A stretch of DNA of 63,940 nt, the filler included, from Chiloscyllium plagiosum (Eukaryota): the NCBI RefSeq assembly GCF_004010195.1. It is 4 parts of one record of this genome, joined end to end, with 100 filler letters (N's around TTAATTAATTAA, not from the genome) between each part and the next. Parts side by side here need not be neighbours in the genome. Positions count along the whole stretch, not along the records: positions 26,236 to 53,885 come from NC_057712.1; 3 more parts are not named here. The stretch is one strand, 5' to 3'. Position numbers and translations under genes: made by a program. The notes under the pieces were generated by a model. The model worked only from the letters and a program-made list of their open reading frames with translations. It was not told where the DNA came from and did not search any database. Of the stretch, positions 26,136-38,986 are shown in pieces. Positions within the stretch are counted from its first letter, which is position 1, and each line of letters starts with the position of its first letter.

Positions 26136-26235
26136 NNNNNNNNNNNNNNNNNNNNNNNNNNNNNNNNNNNNNNNNNNNNTTAATTAATTAANNNNNNNNN
26201 NNNNNNNNNNNNNNNNNNNNNNNNNNNNNNNNNNN
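26136..26235. other. Artificial scaffold gap with six-frame stop linker
   Basis: N44 + TTAATTAATTAA (26180-26191) + N44. Confidence 0.97.
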
Positions 26236-26817
26236 TGACCATGTATATCTACGCTGCGCTCCGTCTGCAGGGGCGCTGAAGATGTCGTGCAGCTTGGCAT
26301 CTTTTACCGTGTCCATCAGGGCTCTGGACGTAGCGTCCAGTTTACTGTCCCCCCCGCCGGATCGTCCGTCTGCATCGATGATACAGTTGAAGTCTCCGGC
26401 CAGAATGACCGGCCTGGACGTAGCCAGCAACAGTGAAAGCTGCTGCAGGACGGCCAACCGTTCCCTCTTACCCGCTGGGGCGTACACGTTGGTTAGTCTC
26501 TCGGGAGCGTTTCTGTAGGTAACATCAGCAACGAGGAGGCGCCCGCCCACCACCTCCTTAACCTCGGAGATGGTGAAGTTGCCTCCCCGTAACAGAATAC
26601 CCAGGCCTGAGGAGCGGTTATCGTTACCCCCCGACCACACTGACGGCCCATGGGCCCACAAGCTCGACCATCTCCTGTAACTGCTGAGGTGCGGTATCCC
26701 ACACTCCTGCAGAAACAGGACATCGGCTTTCACTTTGGCCAGGAAGGCCAGTGTTGAAACACATCGCGCAGCAGATTTTATGCTGCGCACATTAATAGTT
26801 GCAATTTTAAACCCCAT
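26236..26817 (-). CDS. Tx1 ORF2 N-terminal APE endonuclease (truncated by gap)
   Basis: MGFKIATINVRS, FLQECG, NVYAP, LAGDFNC, RYTW; no stops. Confidence 0.9.
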
Positions 26818-28168
26818 TTTGTTAACAGGTTGTAAGGTTACCCTGTCCGATTGTCGCTGGTCCTGCCCCTCTGGGGTAGCTGTCTGCATCCCCATGCAGC
26901 ATGCAAACTGCTGGACCCTCGCTGGGCTGAGGTAGCTGTCCAGTTCCTCACTTGGCCCATTTGCCCGCTTCGGTGTCATCGGGCCGAGGCCAGGGTCCAC
27001 GCTGTCTGTTTCTATATCTGACAGCGGGGCTGTCAGAGGGTCGCTGCTCCCAGTGACCTGGAGCTGTGTGGCGGTGGGGCCCTCCTGGCTTTCACCTGGT
27101 GGGGGGTGGTGGTTTCCCATTTCCTCAGGAGGTTCGTCCCTTGGTTGGCAGTTGCTGCTCTCCTTTCGCCTCTCAGCGCTCTGCCTCTTCTTTTGGTGAC
27201 GACCCTCCTTACGTCCGTCCTCACCCTCCGAAGAGCTGTCCGTGTCTTCCATCTGCAGCTGCCTTTTCCCCTTTTTTTGGGAGGTCTTGGTGACCGGGTG
27301 AGTTTTCCTCTTCCTGTTTTGCACCACGGTCCATTCCTCTGCCTCCTTCTTTCCCTTCTCCGCCTCCTCCTCCTGTCCTGTCGGAGCTTCACTCGGCAGC
27401 TGTACCTCTCCGGTAACTGTCATCTGCTCTGCTCCGGCCTGTCCTTCCTGTTGCATTCTTGTACACGTGGCCCGCCTCTCCGGACAGGTTGCAGCTCTTT
27501 TCTTCCTGACAGTCCTTAGTCAGGTGACCCTCCTGTTTGCAGTTCCTGCAGATGGTCACTTTGCAATCCGCCAGCACATGTCCCGACTTCCCGCAGGCTC
27601 GGCACACTTTTGGCTGCCCTGCATATGTCAGGTAGCCTCTGTTCCCTCCAATTGCGAAGCTCGAGGGTGGGTGAAGAATGTTCCCATTGCCATCGACCCT
27701 CAGAGTCACTCTGACCTGTCGCTTACTGGTCCAGATCCCAAAGGGGTCGATCACGTCGGTGGCTTCTCCCTCAACTTGGACGTACCTTCCCAGGAAAGTC
27801 AGGACATCAGCCGCTGGAACGTAGGGGTTGTACATATGGATTGTAACCACCCGGCTCCTCTGTGCAGGAAGCACACACAATGGGGTTGCCGACAAGATGG
27901 AGAACAGCGGCTCCCCTTCCTTTTCTTTGAAGACCTTCAGGAGCTGCTCACATTGCTTCACGCTCCTGAAGGTGACATCGAAGTAGCCTGCCCCAGGGAA
28001 ATCCTGCAGGCAGTACACGTCTGCTGCAGCGAACCCACAGCATCCTAGCAATACCTTCTTAATAAACAGGATGCGATCCACCGGTGTACGGCCCTCCACC
28101 TGCTTGACAGACACCCGGACGGTGTTTCGAACCCCCTGCCCAGGGCTGCACGCAGCTGTTGAGGCCAT
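26818..28168 (-). pseudogene. Tx1 ORF1 (RRM-like + 3 CCHC zinc knuckles + charged tail), frameshift near 27455
   Basis: MASTAA..; CRACGKSGHVLADC, CRNCKQEGHLTKDC, degenerate CNLSGEAGHVYK; tail continues in the 422-aa ORF frame. Confidence 0.85.
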
Positions 28169-28326
28169 AGCTCTGAGGTTGGCTGGTCCCTGAATTGGCG
28201 TTAGGCCGAAGCCAGCATGAAGATCCACCAATAGCAGGTCAGCACAACCAAACGATCCTCCAACGTCCAATCACGATCCAGCGATGATCTCCACTAGCTC
28301 TGATGACTCGCAACTCGACCCCTGTC

Positions 28327-28369
28327 CTGATAAGAACAGACACTTGATCTTACCAAAAGACCGAGAAGC
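28327..28369 (-). ncRNA. U2 snRNA 5' fragment (nt ~4-52), non-functional
   Basis: Minus GCTTCTCGGTCTTTTGG-TAAGATCAAGTGT-----CTGTTCTTATCAG vs vertebrate U2 GCTTCTCGGCCTTTTGGCTAAGATCAAGTGTAGTATCTGTTCTTATCAG. Confidence 0.9.
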
Positions 28370-30365
28370 AGGAAAATAGAATGGGAAGCACAAAGAAGTG
28401 GCAAAGAAGCCTCCAATGGCCTAGTCTGGTGAAGGAGAAGGGTACGTCAGCACTGAGGGTACACATTTGCCAACACATGACTGTGTGAAGAATGTTGGAG
28501 GTGGTGGGTGGAGTTGAGTGGGTTCCCACCTCGAACTCCAACCCAGTCTCTGTGGCTACTTACATTGTTTTCTTTGTCCAATTTTAAACATTTTCTGACT
28601 CCTTAATGAGGAACTGAGGCTTTATGAGTAAAGCAAAGCAATGAATTTAAATGAGCATCATGGCATTCGGCAGTAATACACTCTTGTAAGTAACATAATA
28701 CTCTAAAAGAGTATTTTTAAGTTGACTTGGTTGATTGAAGCTGTTACTGCAACCTCCCTCTTTCACTGTGATGGGCCCTGGTGAAACTGCTATTGATATG
28801 TAAATCAATGTGACAGTTAACCCAGAGAGAGCTTGTAGTCAGCAATGCATTGTGGCTGTCGGCAGTGAACAAGACATTTTAAGTTGAGGTCTTTGGTCGT
28901 GATAGGTCTCTTCCTTGCGATGTTGTAGTCCAAGCCTGGACATGTGGATACAGATGGTTGTGTGCTTGTTAACAAAGCTGTAACTGTAAGTGAGCTGTAC
29001 TTTACTCTTTCCAGTCGTATTGAATTACTGAATGAGTTTGTGTTCAGCTTGGAGAACAATGGCAAGATAGGAAAAGTATTTTACAATCCTTTCTGTTTGA
29101 TTTAAACAATAACTGGCTTCCTATTAGTCTGGCTTTTATTGCGGCATTGATATAGCTCAAGGATATTAATAATTTTGAATATAAATTAGTGGTATTTCAG
29201 AGGATTACTTTCAAAACAAATATTCCAATGTAAAGTATATGCATACACTTTATGTATTAGGCATCAGCAGATTTGTTTTAGAATCCATTCATTGCTAAGA
29301 TCAGATGTGAAACAAAAATATTAAATTTATGAATTGTGTGTTTTTTTCTGAACCAAATTGAAGGATCAGAAGTATGTGCCAGGTGGCAGAAACCAATTTC
29401 AGCACAAAGACAGCAGGAACGGCCAGTGAACAATGAAGCACTTATGAGTTCAAATTTCTGCCAGAATTAATTTCAGCGAGGTGCTGAAAATTTCTTCATG
29501 TGCACATTGACTTAATATGTTATTTCTGGATTTCTTTCCAGATATTTAAATTTAGATATCAAAACTGACCATTAAGATGGCCAAACATGAATGATCTATC
29601 GGGGCACTTAGTTATAGATAGAATCTTTCCAAACCATTTTTCAAGGTCTTTTGAATTTACTTACTTTAGTTTAGTGGGTTTTGTTCTCGAGAATCTGTCA
29701 GACTAAATGTTTTGAGCAAATGAGATATTGTTTCTTTGGGTGGGGGAAGGGCTAGCAATTTAAAACAGTCTACTTCCTTCCTGGAGGTTGTGTGGGAAGG
29801 AAGCTCATCAACTGTACATAGAAATATCATAGAGGGGTAATTTGTGCAATGTAGCTGTACTGCTGTTACCTAGAAAGTCTAGAATTTATTGCTAATCCCA
29901 TGACAACTCAGCTGCATCAAAAATAAATGCATTTGTAAAATCATCTGCCATTTTCTCAAATGAAGTGAGACTCTGGAGCAATTGGTGGTTCCAGATCTCC
30001 TGACATGTTTTTTAACTTCTGTAAGGAGTTGTTACTTTATTTCATTTCAGTGATGGTAACTGACAATTCCAAGCGTTTGGATAAATGTGCTGGTTGATGT
30101 TTAGTGACCAATTTACATTGTATTATGCAGAATATTTAAGGTAAAAGCAAGCCATTTGTCCCAACCAATCCATGCCATTTAATACTGCACTGCAGCCTAC
30201 TTCCATCTTTCCTCAACTAACTCGATCAGCATAACAGTGGTTCTCTGGATTATTAATTGAGTGACATGAACATAATGCATACTTACGGATTTTCTTTAGC
30301 TACAGTTTGAACCAAAAGGCTGACAAAACAGAAAATCTTGAAGTGTGAGTCGCAGGGGCTCTGAG

Positions 30366-32203
30366 CGAAAGGCAGTACATTCCTGTTAAGGTGAAAGGAA
30401 AGGCTGGTAGGTGTCGGGACTAATGGATGATGAGAGAAATTGAGAGTTTGGTTAAGAAAAGGCAGGAAGGAAGGAAGCATATGTCAGGTATAGACAAAAT
30501 AGATTGAGTTAATCCTTAGAAGAGTATAAAGGCAGTTGGAGTATACTTAAGAGGAAAATCAGGAGGGAAAAAAAGGGTATGAGATAGCTTTGGCAGATAG
30601 GGTTAAGGAGAATCCAAAGGGATTTTACAGATACATTAAGGATAAAAGGGTAACGAGGAAGTGAATAGGGTCCCTCAAAGATCAGCAAGGCGCCCTTTGT
30701 TTGGAGCTGCAGGAGATGGGGGAGATACTAAATGAGTATTTTGCATGAGTGTTTACTGTGGAAAAGAATGTGGAGATATAGAATGTAGTGAAATAGATCT
30801 TGAAATTGTCCATATTACAGAGGAGGAAATGCTGGATGTTTTGAAACGCATAAACATGGATAAATCCCCAGGACCTGATCAGGTGTACCCTAGAACTCTC
30901 TGGGAATCTAGGGAAGTGATTGCTTGGCCCCTTGCCTGAGACATTTGTATCATTGATAGTCACAGGTGAGGTGCCAGAATACGGGAGGATGGCTACTGTG
31001 GTACCACTAGTTAAGAAAGGTGGTAAGGACAAACCAGGGAATTATAGACCAGTGAGCCTGACATGGTGGTGAGCAAGTTGTTGGAGGGAATCCTGAGGGA
31101 CAGGACTTACCCTTATTTCAAATAGCAAGGACTGATTAGGGATAGTCAACGTGGCTTTGTGCGTGGGAAATCATGTCTCAAAACTTGATTGTCTTTTTTG
31201 AAGAAGTAACAAAGGGGATTGATCAGGGCAGAGAGGTGGATGTGATCTTTATGCACTTCTGTAAGGCGTTCGACAAGGTTCCCCATGGGAGACTGCGTAG
31301 CAAGGTTAGATCTCATGAAATACAGGGAGAATTAGCCATTTGGATACAAAACTGGCTCAAAGGTAGAAGACAGAGGGTGGTGGTGGAGGGTTGTTTTTCA
31401 GACTGGAGGCCTATGACCAGTGGAGTGCCACAAGGATTGGTGCTGCGTCCTCTACTTAAATCTTAGCAGGACTTATACACCTAATGGTAAAGTCTCAGGG
31501 AGTGTTGCTGAACAAAGAGACTTTGGAGTGCAGGTTCATAGCTCCTTGAAAGTGGAGTTGCAGGTAGATGGGATAGTGAAGAAGGCGTTTGGTATGCCTT
31601 CCTTTATTGGTCAGAGTATTGAGTACAGGATTTGGGAGGTCATGTTGCGGCTGTACAGGACATTGGTTAGGCCACTTTTGGAATATTGCGTGGAATTCTG
31701 GTCTCCTTCCTATCGGAAAGATGTTGTGAAACTTGAAAGGGTTCAGAAAATATTTACAAGGATGTTGCCAGGGTTGGAGAGATTAAAAGGCTGGGGCTGT
31801 TTTCCCTGGAGCATCGGAGGGGTGACCTTATAGAGGTCTATAAAATCATGAGGGGCATGGATAGGATAAATCGACGAAGTCTCTTCCCTGGGATGGAGGA
31901 GTCCAGAACTAGAGGGCATAGATTTACGGTGAGAGGGGAAAGATATAAAAGAGACCTCAGGGACAACGTATTCACGCAGACGGTGGTATTTGTATGGAAT
32001 GAGCTGCCAAAGGAAGTAGTGGAGGCTAGTACGGTTACAACATTTAAAAGACACCTGGATGGGTATATGAATAGGAGGGGTTTGGAGGGAGATGGGCCAG
32101 GTGCTGGCAAGTGGGACTAGATTGGCTTGGGATATCTGATCGGCATGGACAAGTTGGACCGAAGGGTCTGTTTCCGTGCTGTACGTCTCTTTGACTCTAT
32201 GAC
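30366..32203 (+). mobile_element. HER1/CR1 ORF2 + 3' tail, decayed, internal deletion near 31455
   Basis: KSPGPDQVYPRTL, KAFDKVPH, LEYCVEFWSP; tail GACTCTATGA. Confidence 0.95.
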
Positions 32204-32885
32204 CTTGGAGTGCAGGTTCATGACTCCTTGCAAGCAGAGTCGCAGGTAAATAGGATAGTGAAGAAAGTGTTTGGTATGCTTTCCTTTATTGGTCAGAGCA
32301 TTGAGTACAGGAGTTGAGAGGTCACAGTGCGACTGTACAGGATGTTAGTTAGGCCACTTTTGGAATATTGTGTGCAATTCTGGTCTCCTTCTCAATGGAA
32401 GGATGTTGTGAAACTTGAAAGGGTTCAGAAAAGGTTTACAAGAATATTGCCAGGGTTGGAGGATTTGAGTTATTGGCGAGAGGCTGAATAGGCTGGGCTG
32501 TTTTCCCTGGAGTGTTGGAGGGTCAGCGGTGACCTTATGAGGGGCATGGATAGGAAAAATAGACAAAGTCTATCTGGGGTGGAGAAGTCCAGAACTCGAG
32601 GGCATAGGTTTAGCGTGAGAGGGGAAAGATATAAAAGAGACCTAAGGGGCAACTTTTTCACACAGAGGGTGGTGCGTGTATGGAATGAGCTCCCAGATGA
32701 GCTCCCAGGAGGCTGATACAATTGCAATGTTTATAAGGCATCTGGATGGGTATATAAATAGGAAGGGCTTGGAAGGATATGGTGCTGGCAAGTATGACTG
32801 GATTAGGTTGGGATATCTGGTCAGCATGAACGATTGGACCGAAGGGTCTGTTTCCATGCTGTACATTTCAATAACTCTCATGGTC
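32204..32885 (+). mobile_element. Second HER1 3' end, head-to-tail with the previous copy
   Basis: Restarts at CTTGGAGTGCAGGTTCAT directly after the tail; own tail at ~32830-32885. Confidence 0.92.
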
Positions 32886-34019
32886 TAGATTAACATCAAG
32901 TTTTCCGTTCCAATGGTGATACAGTGGGAGGGGAAGGGGAGATATGGATCCCAGTTGAATGAGGAGAGCAGTGCAGCTGGAACTGGGATTTACAGGCCCT
33001 TGCGGCAAACCAATTGGTAGGTGACTTGTTGCCAACTGAACACAAAACCAAAAAGTGAAGCCTTGCAGCTAATTTTCATTAACTGACCATCTCACTCCAA
33101 GAAGAAGTTCTTATGACGTTGTAGATTTGGGGCCTTGCCAGCACAGTACAGAGGGAGCATCATTGACACCTTGCATTCAGCCTGTGCTTTCTCCACTATG
33201 GAAACTCTTAACGGTAACACTGTGTGGAGGTAGTTTTAGCATTGAGTGGTAGTGTGTAACAGAGAATATTAGATCAACCCCTGTTACACATCTCTCATCA
33301 TTTTATTTTCAAAATAATTTCCAGACGCGGCTGGGTTTTCTGTCAGGCTGTGGGAAACTAATTTACAGCCCAAGCCCTGGGAGCCAACTCATGAATGCAA
33401 GACTCCTGGGGCCTGAATATAAAAACAGTCTAAATCCAGTTTGTGCTTTAATTGAAAACTCGCATTGTACTGAACTCAGCTGGAGCAGAAATATTTGCCA
33501 TTATCCAACTATTTGTGCAAAACAGATTGACAGCCACACAATGTCTCTGAAGGACACTGTTTATCAGTTGTTTGATCCTGACTTGCAAATCATAGTTTGT
33601 GTATTGAGACAAATAAGCATGCCAAGTTAGAAAGAGGTAGAAAACACCTAAGGTAATTTTTATAGTTCATCTGGGATTAGAGTGGAGCTATGTTCGTGGA
33701 AACGTATTTAAACAGTGGAAAGTCTTCCAGATAGATGCAGTCACATTGACACTACGCGAAGATGTACTGTGTTGTCAATTCCGTTTTGTATTTCTAAATA
33801 ACAGTTTGATTGACTCTCTTGTAAAGAGTTTTCACTTCAATATTATTCTAAACTAGTTTGACAATGCTGTTAAAAATAATAAAACACACAGTTTCTGTTA
33901 TGATTGAACTTTAACTAATATTTCTAACCGAATGCAGTTTCTAAATAGTCCTGTACTATTACAGTTGACCACAGTGTAGTTGGTCAGTTATGATATTCTG
34001 TGACACCTAGGCAACATAA

Positions 34020-35490
34020 GGGGTGCATCCTCAGATATTAAAGGAAGTAGCAGCAGAGATGATGGGTGCACTGGTAATGTTGTTGCAGAAATCTATTGAG
34101 TCTGGAAAAGTTCCAGAGGATTGGAAAACTGCCCATGTAACACCTTTATTTAAAAAGGTTAGGGGACAAAAACAGTTAATTCGATTGGTTAGCTTGATGG
34201 CTGTCAGTAGGAAAATGTTAGAGGCTATTATAAAGGATATACTGTAATAGCAGAGCATTTAGAAGTGCTTTATGTGATCACGAAAATTAACATGGTTTCA
34301 TGAAAGGGAAATCATGACAGACAAATTCACTAGAATTCTTGAGGAGGTAACAAGCAGGGGATAGATAAAGCAGAAGTAGTAGATATAATGCATTTGGATT
34401 TCAGAAGATGTTTGATAAGATACCATACATTTGCATTCGTAATAAGTTAAGATCCACGGTGTTGGAGGTAGCATATTAGCATGGATAGAAGGTTAACTAA
34501 CTGAAGGCAGAGAGTTAGGATAAGAGAGACATTTTCAGACTGACATCCTGTAACTAGTCGTATGTCACTGGGATCAATGCTGGAACTATTTTACAATATA
34601 TGTTCATGACTTAGTTGAGGAAAGTGAATTTGCTAATTTGCAAATCACACAAATATGTGGGAAGGCAGATGGTGAGGATGACGCAAAGAGTCTGCGGAGG
34701 GGTATAGACAGATTAAATGAGTGGGTAAAAACGTGGCTGATGGAAATCATGTGGGAAAATGATAAATTATACACTTTGTCAAGAAATGTAGAGGAGCTGA
34801 ATATTATTTAAGTAGAGAAATATTGCAGAAAGCTACAAAACAGAAGGATTTAGGAGTCCTCATCCGTGAATCACAAAAAGCGAGCATCCGAGTTAAGTGG
34901 ATAACAAGGAAGGCACATGGAATATGGCCTTTATTTCAAAGAGAATGGAATATAAAAGCAGAGATGTTTTGCTAAAACTGTATATAGCTCCAGTCAAACC
35001 ACAGCTGGAATATTGCGAACCATTTTGGGCCCCTTATCTCAGGAAAGATAGATTAGCATTGGAGGCAGTCCAGAGAAGGTCTATGAAGCTGATACCAGGT
35101 ATGAAGGAGTTGCTTTGAGAACAGGCTGATACATTGGGCCTGTTATATTGGTATATAGAAGAATAAGAGGTGACCTTATTGAAACATTCAAGATTCTTAA
35201 TGTAGCTTTGGAAAAGTTGGTTCCCCTTGTGGAAGAGTCTATGACCAGGGGGCTGAATAGAGGGTTGCACATTTAAGATAGTGATGAAGAAGAATTTCTT
35301 CTCTGAAGGCTGTGAATTTGTGGCGTTCTTTACTTTAGAGAGTGGTTGATACTGGATCATTAAGTACATTAAAGGTCAAGATAGATTTTTAATCAAAAAA
35401 GTAATCAAGGGTTATGGGGAAAAGGCAGGCAAGTGTAGCTGAAGATTATCAGATCAGTCAAGATCTCATTGGATGCCAAGCAGACTCAGC
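34020..35490 (+). mobile_element. Old CR1 ORF2 + tail
   Basis: HPQILKEVAAEM...VPEDWKTAHVTPLFKK; LEYCEPFWAPYLRKD. Confidence 0.88.
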
Positions 35491-36055
35491 CTATCAGTGC
35501 ATCCACTATCTCTTTTGCTACTTCCTTTAACGTCTCAGGAGGTATCCAATCGTAAGCAAGGACATATTGATCTTTATCCTCATTGGTTTCCCTAGCACTT
35601 TTTCACCAGTTATTTTAATTATTTCTTGCCCTTTGTGCCAATGTTTTATGGACAAGCCGAGGAGTTTGGGGAGTGAATAGGTCAGTGCTTTTTGTTATTA
35701 CCTCCCTGAAGCTGACTGCACCTTCAGGATACAGCATGTTGCAGACTAGAGTGGATGTCCTAAAGTTGTGGTTTGTCACTCAACTCTCTGACCAGGTTGT
35801 CGGGTGCTGTTTGCTTCTCTCACACTGCTGCCACCTCCTTGAGCCTGCGAACACTTGAATCAGTGTGAATTTCAGCATTTCCACTCCCATAATGCTGCTC
35901 TAAATCCCATGAACAATCATGCCTTGTTCAGTCAGGTAGTACAGAATTTTGAACAATGTGTGATGCATACCATTTGATATACTGGCAATGATACAAATAA
36001 TTTTATATGTATTATATGTTATATGTATGTCAAATGTATTCCTTCGATTTGAAAA

Positions 36056-36348
36056 AGATTAGATTACTTACAGTGTGGAAACAGGCCCTTCGGCCCTCCG
36101 ACGAGAAACCCACCCAGATCCATTCCCCTACATTCACCCCTTCATGCTAAACTGGCAATTTAGCATGGCCAATTCACCTAACCTGCACATTTTTTTGGAC
36201 TGTGGGAGGAAACCAGAGCACCCGGAGGAAACCCACGCAGACACGGGGAGAATGTACAAACTCCACACAGATAGTTGCCTGAGGCGGGAATCAAACCTGG
36301 GTCTCTGGAGCTGTGAGGCAGCAGTGCTAACCACTGTGCCACCAGGCC
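36056..36348 (-). mobile_element. HE1 V-SINE
   Basis: Reverse GGTGGCACAGTGGTTAGCACTGCTGCCTCACAGC; V-domain; (TCTAA)n tail. Confidence 0.92.
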
Positions 36349-36849
36349 ACTCACAGTGTTAAATAAAAGGTGTTAAATAATCCTTTTGTGTTTTATTTCT
36401 ATCTTCACCCCATGTGTATGCCCCGATCTTCTGAAATGCTGTATGTAAACATTTTATAAATTATTGTTTAAATTACTGCTCTTTGCTTCCAGTTTCTGTG
36501 TCTGTGAAAAACTTTCAATGAAGTTGGCTGCTTGGATAACTTGATGGTTGTATTTCAGCTGTATACTGTGAATGACCAGGAATGAACACCATAAACAGGT
36601 CGATGGAAGTGAAGGTCATTAGATCTCAAAATCTGTCCTTGAGACTCACTTAGAGATCACCAGCAAGCACCCTTGCTTCACCCATGACTCCAAACCGTGG
36701 GCCAATAAATTCTCTTTAGGATGCCACTGGTTGCGCAAGATGGAATTTCCTCTTACCTCTCAGTGCTGATGCTGGTCATGTTTTACATGTGATGGACCTG
36801 GTGTGGGAAGTAAAAATGTCACACTGGTGTATAGTTGGGATTAGCGGAG

Positions 36850-36970
36850 ATCCTGTGGCACAGTGATAGCATTCCTACCTCTCTCTTCCAGAAGCTCTCG
36901 GCTGAAGTCCTACCCCAGGACTTGATGGTCATAGAAATGTGTGTGTGTGAGATAACATTGTCAAACAGTT
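36850..36970 (+). mobile_element. Degenerate tRNA-derived SINE
   Basis: CCTGTGGCACAGTGATAGCATTCCTACCTCT...GAAGTCCTACCCCAG; similar to 7808-7885. Confidence 0.45.
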
Positions 36971-38198
36971 ACCAATTATAATTACAATTATCAATCTGTA
37001 ATTCCTTAAATACGTCAGCCTTCCAGGCAGGAGAGATATCTGGTCAGCCAAAATTTTGTGGTAGCGGACAGCTTCCTCAAAACTCCATATGCAGCTTCTT
37101 GTCACAAACAGTATCCTCATCACAAGAGATTACCTCACACACAATGATTAGAGGTTCAAGCTAATGAGTGTAGAGAACTATTTATTTAGTCTAACAATGT
37201 TCCATTTTACTACTTGAGTATCCAATGCTGATATTGTTTCTCAAATCTGGAAAGCAGTTTCCACTGTCACTTCCTTAAGCTTGCTGTATCTCTTCAGATC
37301 TCAGTGCTTTGTCAACTTTTAATTATCACAGGCCTATCCAACACATTCTTCTCGTCAGTTTTGACCCCTTCCAGAGAGAGTTTTTTTCTGTGGCCTGTGT
37401 AGCACCTATTTCTTTGGTAAGTACAAAGTATTCATTTAACATTATAGACGTGCTCTTGCCATCATATGCAAATCCTCTCTTTTGGTCTCGAATTGGCTCT
37501 ACTTCCACTTTTACCATCCTATTACTCTTGATGAGTCTGTAGGAGACTTTAGGATTCCCCTTTATTGTGGCTGTCAGTCATTTCTTTGCTTTGAATTTCA
37601 TCTCTTTGCTTCTCTGTTATGCTATTTTCACCTTTCATCTGAACCTTCTGTATTTCTCTTGGTTCTCAGTTATATTTTCCATCTGACCATAAGGCCATAA
37701 GAAACAGCAACAGGAGTAGATCTGCTCCTGCTCGAGCCTGCTGCACCATTCAATAGGTTCATGGCTGATCCAGCATTCCTCACACCTACTTTTCTGCCTT
37801 TTCCCTTTAGCCTTTGATTCCACTACTGATTAAGAATCTATCTTAGCCTTAAATATATAAAAGCACTCCATGTCCAAAGCTTCTCTGTGGCAAGGAGATA
37901 CAAAAACACACAGGCTCCTGAGAGAAGAAATTCCCACTCATCTCAGAATTAAATTGCATCCCTTAATTTTGGGACTATTCCCTCTGGTCCCAGACTGTTC
38001 CATGAGGGGAAACATGTCTCAGCATTGACCCTATCAATGAGATCACCCTCATATTCTACTAAACACCAGTGAGTCGAGTCTGAACTTGTTAACCATTGTT
38101 CATAAGGCAATCCCTACATATCAGGGATCATGCAAGTGAACTTTCTCTGAATAGCCGCCAAAGAAATATTATATTTTCTTAAATGAGGGACTTTTTTT

Positions 38199-38609
38199 TG
38201 CTCCCCCAATTCAAAAGATGTGCAGGTTAGGTGAATTGGCTATGCTAAATTGCCCATAGTGTTCAGGGATGTATCGGTTAGGTACATTAGTCAGGGATAA
38301 ATATAGAGTAATAGGGTTTGGGTGGGATACTCTTCAGAGGGTCGTTGTGAACTTGTTGGGCTTAAGGGAATGAACTGCAAGAGGAAGTGTGGACGCTGGT
38401 ACATTTGTAACATTTAAAAGGCATCTGCATGTGTATATGAATAGGAAGGGTTTAGAGGGATATGGGCCAAATGCTGGCAAATGGGACTAGATTATGTTGG
38501 GATATCTGGTCGGCATGGACGTGTTGGACCGAAGGGTCTGTTTCCATGCTGTACATCTCTGTGACTCTATGGCTGTTTCTACATTGTAGGGATTCTATTT
38601 AAAAAAAAA
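38199..38609 (+). mobile_element. HE1 SINE 3' half containing a nested HER1 3' end (~38370-38571)
   Basis: AAAGATGTGCAGGTTAGGTGAATTGGC...; HER1 tail; then the HE1 end GTTTCTACATTGTAGGGATTCTATTT(A)n. Confidence 0.8.
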
Positions 38610-38986
38610 CTGCTCACAGTACTCCAGATGTAGTCTCACCAGCACCTTGTACAGTTACATTAAGACTTCCCTACTCTTCTACTCCAACACTTGAAATATG
38701 TACTGCATCTGTGTGCTAGTTTTCTGTGTTTCATGCACAGATACCCTCAAGACCCTTTTGTGTTGCAGGTTTCTGCAGTTTTTTCTCCATTTAAATAATA
38801 GCTATTATTTTGTTTTCCTTCCAAAATTAACACCTTCATTTTTTTTCCACATTATACCGTATTTGCCAACTTTTTGCCCACTTACTTAATCTATCAATAT
38901 CTCTCTGTAAACTGTTTATAACCCCCTTGCAACTTGCTTTTCCATCTATTTTTCTGTAGTCTGCAAATTTGGCTATAATACATTTG

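Larger units (their letters stand above)
26236..28326 (-). mobile_element. Tx1-clade (Keno-like) non-LTR retrotransposon, 5' part
   Basis: ORF1 with CCHC knuckles followed by APE endonuclease; U2 snRNA fragment abuts the 5' end; GC/CpG-rich. Confidence 0.9.

Noticed and set aside
26136..26235. TTAATTAATTAA motif centred in N runs (also 53886-53985 and 59393-59492)
   Set aside because: Identical 44+12+44 layout three times: an artificial stop-codon linker, not biology
27389..28270. ZCCHC3-like host gene
   Set aside because: It is followed directly by an APE endonuclease, frameshifted and U2-capped: retrotransposon ORF1
25733..28326. Apparent convergent PLE RT + Tx1 endonuclease composite element
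   Set aside because: They are separated by an artificial gap; contigs tend to break in young repeats, so adjacency is unsupported
28327..28369. Functional U2 snRNA gene
   Set aside because: Only 43 nt; no Sm site or 3' stems; branch-point pairing sequence deleted
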